Source: Gemmatimonadota bacterium
Lineage (GTDB): Bacteria > Gemmatimonadota > Gemmatimonadetes > Longimicrobiales > RSA9
Length of the DNA stretch: 14,050 bases
Assembly (NCBI GenBank): GCA_040905425.1
Contig: JBBDRO010000025.1
Span: 37,122-51,171, forward strand
Reading direction: 5' to 3'
Shown here: positions 7,641 through 14,050 of the stretch, piece by piece
Layout of the letters: each line of letters opens with the position of its first letter
How positions within the stretch are numbered: the stretch's first letter is position 1
Notes under the pieces: model-generated
Seen by the model: only the letters and a program-made list of their open reading frames with translations
The model's database searches: none
Told to the model about the DNA's origin: nothing
Program-made: the position numbers and the translations under genes

Positions 7641-8735
7641 TCAGCCGCCGCCCAGCTCCACCAGCGCGATCACGCCCACGTCCGAGAGCGGCAGCCACAC
7701 CCGCGCCCGCTCCGCGTCCACCACCATGTGGCGCACCGTACCGCCCGCCACGGGCAGCCGCAGGGTGCGCCGCTGCGCACCGGCGCGGTCCCAGACCACC
7801 AGCGCACCGTTGCCCTTCTCCGCGAACCACACCCGGCCCCATGGGTCCACCGTGATGCCGTAGGGCTCGGAGGGCTGGTCCAGCGTGGCAATGCGCCACC
7901 ACTCGCCGGTGCCGGGGCGCACGCCGCTCACCCGCCCGCGGCCGAACTCCGCCACCCAGAGGCTGCCGTCGGGCGCGGCCGCGATGCGGCGCATGCCCGC
8001 GGCGCGCTGGATCCAGCGCGCGCGCTCCCGCACCTCGGGCGGCAACTGCGCCAGCCGCTCCTCGGACAGGCTCGAGCGGACACGCTCGCGCACGTCGATC
8101 ACGGTGAAGGAGTCCTGATGCTCGTCCACGCGGTACAGGTGGGAGCCGTCGTAGATGCCGATCCACACCTGTCCGTCCGGGGTGGCCGCGATGCCGTAGG
8201 GCTTGCCCGGCACACGCCCGGTCCACACCGCCGTGGCGCCCGTGGCCGGATCGTAGCGGCCGAAGGCGCGCTCGTCCCGGGCGGTGAACCAGACCGCGCC
8301 CTCGGACCAGGCCACCAGGTTCGGCCCCAGGCGGAGCCCCGCCAGCGGCACCTCGCGGATCACGCCCTCGCCCGGGTCCAGATGCCCCAGGCCGCCGCCC
8401 CGGCTGAGGGCAAACCACAGCGTCCCGTCGGGTGCCGCCACCATGCCGTAGGGCGCCGACTTCTCCGTGGGCGTCTCGAGCCGGGTGAAGGTCTCCGTGG
8501 CGGGGTCGAACATACCCACGGCGTGCGTGATCCGATCGGTGAACCAGAGCCGGCCCTCGGCGTCCACCGCCACGTCGCTGGGGAAGGCGTTCTCCCAGGG
8601 GATGGGGAAGTGGCGCATGGTGCCCGCCGAGGGGAGCGGCGGTGAAGTTTTGGCGCACGCGGCCAGGACGCACAGGACACCCGCAGCGGCCAGCAGGAGG
8701 CGTGGCGGTGGGGCCGGCGGCACGGGACGTAGCAT
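7641..8735 (-). CDS. Virginiamycin B lyase (Vgb)-like 7-bladed beta-propeller, predicted lipoprotein, 364 aa
   Basis: Seven repeats of the P.G/D-I....DG.(L/V)WF type. N-terminal hydrophobic stretch ends in the lipobox LAAC. Confidence 0.85.
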   Translation of the reverse strand: MLRPVPPAPPPRLLLAAAGVLCVLAACAKTSPPLPSAGTMRHFPIPWENAFPSDVAVDAEGRLWFTDRITHAVGMFDPATETFTRLETPTEKSAPYGMVAAPDGTLWFALSRGGGLGHLDPGEGVIREVPLAGLRLGPNLVAWSEGAVWFTARDERAFGRYDPATGATAVWTGRVPGKPYGIAATPDGQVWIGIYDGSHLYRVDEHQDSFTVIDVRERVRSSLSEERLAQLPPEVRERARWIQRAAGMRRIAAAPDGSLWVAEFGRGRVSGVRPGTGEWWRIATLDQPSEPYGITVDPWGRVWFAEKGNGALVVWDRAGAQRRTLRLPVAGGTVRHMVVDAERARVWLPLSDVGVIALVELGGG

Positions 8736-8787
8736 GCGCTTCTCCGGAAGGGTGATCGCGCGCCGGCGGGTGCGCGGCGTCGTCGCT

Positions 8788-8809
8788 TACAACGATAGTG
8801 ATAGTTGCA
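8788..8809. promoter_or_regulatory. AT-rich imperfect palindrome, candidate (Fur-like) operator between the divergent vgb-like and acnA genes
   Basis: TACAACGAT-AGTG-ATAGTTGCA pairs at 7 of 9 arm positions and contains the direct repeat GATAGT-GATAGT. It overlaps a minus-strand promoter candidate TTGGCC(8819-8814)-N16-TATCGT(8797-8792). Confidence 0.5.
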
Positions 8810-8953
8810 GCGCGGCCAACGCAACCACCGTTCCCGGAACGCCCCGTGCAGCAATGCCCGGGCGGGTAGCCCGACGGCGGGCCAGACCCCATTATGGGCA
8901 GGCTGGATGGATCATTCGAGCACGCCCGCACACGCCACGCGAGGATATAGAAG

Positions 8954-11674
8954 ATGGCCCAGGACAACCGCTACGACACACGCGCCACCCTGACCGTGGA
9001 GGGGAAGGCGTACGAGATCTTCCGCCTGCAGGCGCTGGAGGAAGCAGGCCTGCCGGTGAGCCGCCTGCCCTACAGCATGCGCATCCTGCTGGAGAACGTC
9101 ATGCGCATGGGGGATGGCAGCGCGGACAGCGTGGGGGACATCGAGGCGGTGGCCAACTGGGATCCGCAGGCGGAGCCGGACCGGGAGATTGCCTTCACGC
9201 CCGCCCGCGTCCTGCTGCAGGACTTCACGGGCGTGCCGGCGGTGGTGGATCTGGCCGCCATGCGGGACGCCATGGCCGCCATGGGCGGGGACCCCGCGCG
9301 CATCAATCCGCTGCAGCCGGCCGAGCTGGTCATCGACCACTCGGTGCAGGTGGACGAGTTCGGCACGCGCATGGCTTTCCTGCACAACGTGGAGCGCGAG
9401 TATGAGCGCAACGGCGAGCGCTATGCCTTCCTGCGCTGGGGGCAGCAGAGCCTGGAGAACTTCCGCGTGGTGCCGCCGGGTACGGGGATCGTGCACCAGG
9501 TGAACCTTGAATACCTGGCGCGCGTGGTCTTTGCCACGGAAGCCAGGGGCGGCAAGCCGGCCCAGCTCTATCCCGACACGCTCGTGGGCACCGACTCCCA
9601 CAGCACCATGATCAACGGCCTGGGCGTGCTGGGCTGGGGCGTGGGCGGCATCGAGGCGGAGGCGGCCATGCTGGGCCAGCCCATCTCCATGCTCATCCCG
9701 CAGGTGGTGGGCTTCAAGCTGGAGGGTGAGCTGCCCGAGGGCGCCACCGCCACCGACCTGGTGCTGCGCGTCACGGAGATGCTCCGCGCGCGCGGCGTGG
9801 TGGGCAAGTTCGTGGAGTTCTACGGGCCAGGGCTGCCCACGCTGCGGCTGGCGGATCGCGCCACCATTGCCAACATGGCGCCCGAGTACGGCGCCACCTG
9901 CGGCATCTTCCCCGTGGACCGCGTGACGCTCGACTACCTGGAGTTCACCGGCCGGGGCGAGGCGGTGCCGCGGGTGGAGGCCTACATGAAGGAACAGGGC
10001 CTCTTCCACACGGCGGACTCGCCGGAGCCGGAGTTCACGGACTCGCTCATGCTGGACCTCTCCACCGTGGAGCCCGCGCTGGCCGGGCCGCGGCGTCCGC
10101 AGGACCGCATCAACCTGTCGGAGGTGAAGCGCTCCTTCCTGGGCTCGCTGGACTCCCTGCGTGTCGGTAAGCAGGACGCGGCCGGTGGCGGCGTGGCCAC
10201 CGCGCAGGGCCTGAACACCGCCACCGCCACGGTGGCCGGCCAGGAGCTGAAGCTGCAGGACGGCTCGGTGGTGATCGCCGCCATCACGAGCTGCACCAAC
10301 ACCTCCAACCCCTCGGTGATGGTGGCCGCTGGGCTGGTGGCCAGGAAGGCCGTGGAGCGGGGGCTCACCCGCAAGCCGTGGGTGAAGACCAGCCTGGCGC
10401 CGGGCTCCAAGGTGGTGACCGACTACCTGGAGAAGGCGGGTCTCACGCCCTACCTGGACCAGCTGGGCTTCAACCTGGTGGGCTACGGCTGCACCACGTG
10501 CATCGGCAACAGCGGCCCGCTGGCGCCCGAGATCAGCGCGGCCATCCACGAGGCGGGGCTGGTGGCGGCCAGCGTGCTCTCCGGCAACCGCAACTTCGAG
10601 GGGCGCATCAATCCGGACGTGCGCGCCAACTATCTGGCCTCCCCGCCGCTGGTGGTGGCCTACGCCCTGGCCGGGCACATGGACGTGGACCTCTACAACG
10701 AGCCGCTCGGCACGGACGAGGACGGCCGCTCCGTCTTCCTCAAGGACCTCTGGCCCACGCAGGCCGAGATCGCGGAGGTGATCCGCGCGGCCGTGCAGCC
10801 GGAAATGTTCACGCGTCAGTACGGGTCGGTGTTCGAGGGGGACGACCAGTGGCGCGCCCTCCCCGTGCCCGATTCCGAGCAGTACGAGTGGGTGGCGGAC
10901 TCCACCTACATCAAGCACCCGCCCTACTTCGAGGGGATGCCGGCAACCCCCGCGCCCGTGGAGGACATCCTCGACGCGCGGCTGCTGGCGCTGCTGGGTG
11001 ACAGCGTCACCACGGACCACATCTCGCCGGCCGGTTCGATCGCGCGGGGGAGCCCCGCCGCGCAGTACCTCCAGGAGCACGGCGTACAGCCGCGGGACTT
11101 CAACTCCTACGGTTCGCGGCGCGGCAACCACGAGGTCATGATGCGCGGCACCTTTGCCAACGTGCGCCTGCGCAACCGCCTGAACCCGGACGTGGAAGGG
11201 GGCATGACGCGCCACCTCCCCGACGGCGAGCTGACCACCATCTTCAACGCCGCCGAGCGCTACCGGGCCGAGGGCGTGCCGACCATCATCATTGCCGGCA
11301 AGGAATACGGCACCGGTTCCTCACGTGACTGGGCGGCCAAGGGCCCCGCGCTACTCGGCGTGCGTGCCGTCATCGCCGAGAGCTACGAGCGCATCCACCG
11401 CTCCAACCTCATCGGCATGGGTGTGCTGCCGCTGCAGTTCGAGGAGGGGCAGGGCCAGGAGGCGCTCGGCCTCTCCGGCACGGAGACGTTCAGCATCACG
11501 GGGCTCGCGGAAGCGCTGGCCAGCCGCAACGTGCACGTCACCGCGCGCACCGGGGACGGCAACGTCACGGAGTTCACCGCGCGCGTGCGCCTGGACACGC
11601 CCAACGAGGTGGAGTACTACCGTCACGGGGGGATCCTGCATTACGTCCTGCGCCAGCTGGTCGGCAACGCGTAG
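8954..11674 (+). CDS. acnA: Aconitate hydratase A, 906 aa
   Basis: [67 protein letters not shown] and [12 protein letters not shown] (three Fe-S Cys), [35 protein letters not shown] upstream. Confidence 0.98.
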   Translation: MAQDNRYDTRATLTVEGKAYEIFRLQALEEAGLPVSRLPYSMRILLENVMRMGDGSADSVGDIEAVANWDPQAEPDREIAFTPARVLLQDFTGVPAVVDLAAMRDAMAAMGGDPARINPLQPAELVIDHSVQVDEFGTRMAFLHNVEREYERNGERYAFLRWGQQSLENFRVVPPGTGIVHQVNLEYLARVVFATEARGGKPAQLYPDTLVGTDSHSTMINGLGVLGWGVGGIEAEAAMLGQPISMLIPQVVGFKLEGELPEGATATDLVLRVTEMLRARGVVGKFVEFYGPGLPTLRLADRATIANMAPEYGATCGIFPVDRVTLDYLEFTGRGEAVPRVEAYMKEQGLFHTADSPEPEFTDSLMLDLSTVEPALAGPRRPQDRINLSEVKRSFLGSLDSLRVGKQDAAGGGVATAQGLNTATATVAGQELKLQDGSVVIAAITSCTNTSNPSVMVAAGLVARKAVERGLTRKPWVKTSLAPGSKVVTDYLEKAGLTPYLDQLGFNLVGYGCTTCIGNSGPLAPEISAAIHEAGLVAASVLSGNRNFEGRINPDVRANYLASPPLVVAYALAGHMDVDLYNEPLGTDEDGRSVFLKDLWPTQAEIAEVIRAAVQPEMFTRQYGSVFEGDDQWRALPVPDSEQYEWVADSTYIKHPPYFEGMPATPAPVEDILDARLLALLGDSVTTDHISPAGSIARGSPAAQYLQEHGVQPRDFNSYGSRRGNHEVMMRGTFANVRLRNRLNPDVEGGMTRHLPDGELTTIFNAAERYRAEGVPTIIIAGKEYGTGSSRDWAAKGPALLGVRAVIAESYERIHRSNLIGMGVLPLQFEEGQGQEALGLSGTETFSITGLAEALASRNVHVTARTGDGNVTEFTARVRLDTPNEVEYYRHGGILHYVLRQLVGNA

Positions 11675-11684
11675 GACGGCCAGC

Positions 11685-12386
11685 GTGGAGCCAAGGTTCA
11701 GCGACCGCCAGGTCAAGGAGATCCTGCGCAAGGCCGTGGAGGAATCCCCCCTGGCCCGACCGCGGGGCAGCAGGGGACTGAGCCTCACCGAGCTCCACGC
11801 CATCGGGGCGGAGGTCGGCATTGACCCCGCCCGGCTCGACCACGCCGTGCGTGCCGTCACCGGTCCCGCCGCGTTCAGGCCGAACCTCGTGCTCGGGGCT
11901 CCCCTGCGGCTGAGCTTCGAGCGTACGGTCGGCGGCACCCCGCGGCCGGACCGGACGGCCGAGATGGTGGCGCTCATCCGCAAGGGCATGGGTGCGCACG
12001 GGGAGGTGTCCGAGGTGGGCGGCGCCCTGGAGTGGAGCGCTTCCGGGGAGGTGGGCAAGCGGCACGTGACGGTGGCCCCACGGGAGGGCGGCACGGCCAT
12101 ATACGGCACCGCCGACCTGGCCAACGCGGCGGTGGTCACCTACCTGCCCGCTGGCATCCTGGGCACCACGGTATCACTCATCGGGTTTTTTGCGTCCGCT
12201 AACGACGGCAGCGTGACGGGCATGCTCCTCTTCCCGCTCATCCTGCCCGTCCTCTACCTGGTCCTGCGCACCATCCTCCAAACCATCACGGGTCGGGAGG
12301 CGGAGAGGCTGCACCGGGTGGTGGACGAGTTGGCGGGCTTCGTGGCGGCCACCGAGCCGCTGGCAGCCGACGAGCATTCCCCATGA
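11685..12386 (+). CDS. Hypothetical 2-TM membrane protein with an N-terminal helical domain, 233 aa
   Basis: GTG11685 lies 10 nt after the acnA stop, with AGGA upstream. N-terminus FSDRQVKEILRKA...GLSLTELHAIGAEVGIDP, then an alpha/beta segment, two C-terminal TM helices and a terminal amphipathic helix. Confidence 0.8.
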   Translation: MEPRFSDRQVKEILRKAVEESPLARPRGSRGLSLTELHAIGAEVGIDPARLDHAVRAVTGPAAFRPNLVLGAPLRLSFERTVGGTPRPDRTAEMVALIRKGMGAHGEVSEVGGALEWSASGEVGKRHVTVAPREGGTAIYGTADLANAAVVTYLPAGILGTTVSLIGFFASANDGSVTGMLLFPLILPVLYLVLRTILQTITGREAERLHRVVDELAGFVAATEPLAADEHSP

Positions 12387-12442
12387 GCGGACCCGCACTG
12401 CGCACGCCACAGCCGTAAGCGACGACGCCGGTCATCGTCCCG

Positions 12443-12477
12443 CGCGCGCCGCCCGGCTTCCGGCCGGGCGGCGCGCG
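12443..12477 (+). terminator. Perfect 15-bp all-GC hairpin downstream of the acnA-hypothetical unit
   Basis: CGCGCGCCGCCCGGC-TTCCG-GCCGGGCGGCGCGCG. There is no U-tract, so a terminator role is inferred from position only. Confidence 0.6.
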
Positions 12478-12529
12478 TCGTACGCCGTTCCGTGCGCCCC
12501 GAGCTGCCGCTACCCGCCGGCGCGGGCTC

Positions 12530-12579
12530 CCCTTGACTGTTTAGTGGACGGGTTGCACCTTTCACTAAGTCATTTAGTG
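12530..12579 (+). promoter_or_regulatory. padR promoter with two PadR-type operator boxes
   Basis: Perfect CACTAA-N5-TTAGTG at 12563-12579 abuts SD GGAGGT. Degenerate CCCTTG-N5-TTAGTG at 12530-12546 overlaps -35 TTGACT (12533-12538), followed by N17 and CACCTT (12556-12561). Confidence 0.75.
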
Positions 12580-12588
12580 GAGGTGTGC

Positions 12589-12927
12589 ATGGGTCGTGAG
12601 ATGGACGTACTGCAGGGCACGCTGGACGTGATGGTGCTGAAGGCGCTCACCGCGGGGCCACAGCACGGCTACAACATCCTGGCCTGGCTGCGCGCCGCAA
12701 CGGACGGTGAACTCCGCATCGAGGACGCCGCCCTCTACCCGGCGCTCCATCGCTTGGAGGCCCGGGGCTTCATCGAGAGCGAGTGGGGCCTCTCGGAGAA
12801 CAACCGGCGCGCCAAGTTCTATCACCTCACGCAGCGGGGCCGGCGCAAGCTCGGCTCGCAGAAGGCCAGCTGGAAGCGCTACGCCGCCCTCATGACGCGC
12901 GTCCTGGACGCGCCGGCGGGGGGCTGA
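12589..12927 (+). CDS. PadR family transcriptional regulator, acidobacterial type, 112 aa
   Basis: LQGTLD.MVLKAL..GP.HGY, LYPALHRLE..G.I..EWG.SENNRRAKFY.LT..GR. SD GGAGGT precedes ATG12589. Confidence 0.95.
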   Translation: MGREMDVLQGTLDVMVLKALTAGPQHGYNILAWLRAATDGELRIEDAALYPALHRLEARGFIESEWGLSENNRRAKFYHLTQRGRRKLGSQKASWKRYAALMTRVLDAPAGG

Positions 12928-12930
12928 GCC

Positions 12931-14050
12931 ATGGGACGCGATCCGATGTGGCGCCGCTACGAGCGGCTGCGCGGGCCCGATGTGGGTGGGGACGTGGACG
13001 ACGAACTGGAGTTCCATCTGCAGACGCTGACGGAGCGCATCCAGCAGGCCGAGGGGATCGGGGCTGAGGAGGCCCGCCGCCGCGCCGAGGCGGAGTTCGG
13101 GGACCGCGCGCGAGCGGCCGCCGCCTGCCGCGACATCGGCGAACGAACGCAGCGGCGGCGCAGGCTCGCGGGGGCCCTGGGGGACTTCCGGCGGGACGGC
13201 CGCTACGCGCTGCGCCGGCTGGCAGCTGCGCCGGGCTTCGCGCTGGTCGCGGTGCTCACCCTGGCGCTCGGCATCGGTGCCAACACCGCCATTTTCAGCG
13301 TGGTGCACGGCGTGCTCCTGCGGCCGCTGCCTTTCGCGGACGCGGACGGGGTGGCCATGGTCTGGCACGACTACAGCAGGTTCACCACCCGTACGGACGT
13401 CACCTCATGGGCCGTATTCGAGGACTGGCGGGCGCGCAGCCGTACCTTCGGCGCCATGGCCGGGTTCACGGGCGGGCAGGTGAACCTCACGGGTGATTTC
13501 GAGGCCGTCCGCATCCCCCGCGGACAGGTGGAGCCCGGCTTTTTCGAGGTGCTGGACGTGACGCCGGCCCTGGGCCGCACCTTCGCACCGGGGGAGGACG
13601 TCCCCGGCAATCACCGGGTGGTGATTCTCGGGCACGGTTTCTGGACCGAGCGCTTCGGCGCCGACCCCGGCGTGCTCGGCACGCCGATCCGCCTTGGCGG
13701 CCAGGATTACGAGGTGGTGGGGGTCATGCCGGCGGGGATGGACTTCCCCGGGGAGGCGGAACTGTGGACGCCGCTGGCACTGCCGGAGGATCTCCGCGCC
13801 GTCAGAGGGGCGTTCTTTCTGCGCGTGGTGGGTCGCCTTGCCCCTGGCGCCGACATGGCAGCGGCGCAGGCGGAGATGAGCGGCATTGCCACGACGCTGG
13901 GCAGGGAGAATCCAGACGAGGCGGACTCGGGGGTGTTCGTCCAGCCCATCCGCGAGCATCTCGTGGGGGACGTGCGGGCCACCCTCCTGCTGCTTCTGGG
14001 AGCCGTGGCGCTGGTCCTGCTCATCGCCTGCGCCAACGTGGCCAACCTGC
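12931..14050 (+). CDS. ADOP-type (duplicated orphan) ABC/MacB-like permease, N-terminal part only, truncated by the window edge
   Basis: Manual translation from ATG12931 (alternative start 12946) is open to the end of the window: [41 protein letters not shown]...[76 protein letters not shown]. Absent from the ORF track because no stop falls in the window. Confidence 0.95.
   Translation, partial: MGRDPMWRRYERLRGPDVGGDVDDELEFHLQTLTERIQQAEGIGAEEARRRAEAEFGDRARAAAACRDIGERTQRRRRLAGALGDFRRDGRYALRRLAAAPGFALVAVLTLALGIGANTAIFSVVHGVLLRPLPFADADGVAMVWHDYSRFTTRTDVTSWAVFEDWRARSRTFGAMAGFTGGQVNLTGDFEAVRIPRGQVEPGFFEVLDVTPALGRTFAPGEDVPGNHRVVILGHGFWTERFGADPGVLGTPIRLGGQDYEVVGVMPAGMDFPGEAELWTPLALPEDLRAVRGAFFLRVVGRLAPGADMAAAQAEMSGIATTLGRENPDEADSGVFVQPIREHLVGDVRATLLLLLGAVALVLLIACANVANL

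Noticed and set aside
7641..8735. Calling this a vgb antibiotic-resistance gene
   Set aside because: It has a lipoprotein signal, lacks the EPHG catalytic motif, and has no mobile-element context.
8785..8811. IRE-like stem-loop (C-AACGA-UAGUGA-UAGUU) upstream of acnA
   Set aside because: The loop is not CAGUGN, the upper stem has a G-A mismatch, the lower stem pairs poorly, and it lies upstream of the likely acnA promoter (8867-8895). A DNA operator fits better.
7567..8967. 777-aa FNT fusion ORF
   Set aside because: The upstream part is an alternative-frame read of the Vgb-like gene. FNT homology begins at ATG7566.
8912..11215. Long antisense ORFs (also 2867-4570, 801-1454, 1489-2526, 5555-6715, 7539-8645, 12574-13368)
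   Set aside because: These are shadow ORFs opposite well-supported genes, expected from high-GC codon bias, and carry no recognisable motifs.
11292..11684. N-terminal extension of the 364-aa ORF overlapping the acnA 3' end
   Set aside because: It is an off-frame read of acnA. The protein-like sequence starts at GTG11685.

Overview
High-GC, gene-dense bacterial window; the PadR/ADOP pair and gene styles suggest a Gemmatimonadota- or Acidobacteriota-like genome (inference). Order: 13-bp tandem repeat at the left edge; SRAP/YedK-HMCES abasic-site protein (+); uridine kinase udk (-); exported beta-barrel-like protein (-); small divergent membrane protein (+); orphan membrane histidine kinase with GAF/PAS/HisKA/HATPase domains (+); class I/II PLP aminotransferase (-) translationally coupled to a FocA-like formate/nitrite channel (-); Vgb-like 7-blade beta-propeller lipoprotein (-); aconitase acnA (+); 2-TM hypothetical protein (+); strong GC hairpin; acidobacterial-type PadR with palindromic operators (+); and an ADOP-type permease running off the right edge (missing from the ORF track). 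No mobile element, CRISPR, tRNA or rRNA is visible, and I see no unambiguous novel system. Best leads: the FNT-aminotransferase coupling (possible methionine-salvage or oxo-acid link), a non-catalytic-looking Vgb lipoprotein under an AT-rich Fur-like operator divergent from acnA, the PadR operator pair with the ADOP prefix domain, and recurrent CAnnnT -10 / leaderless promoter candidates.
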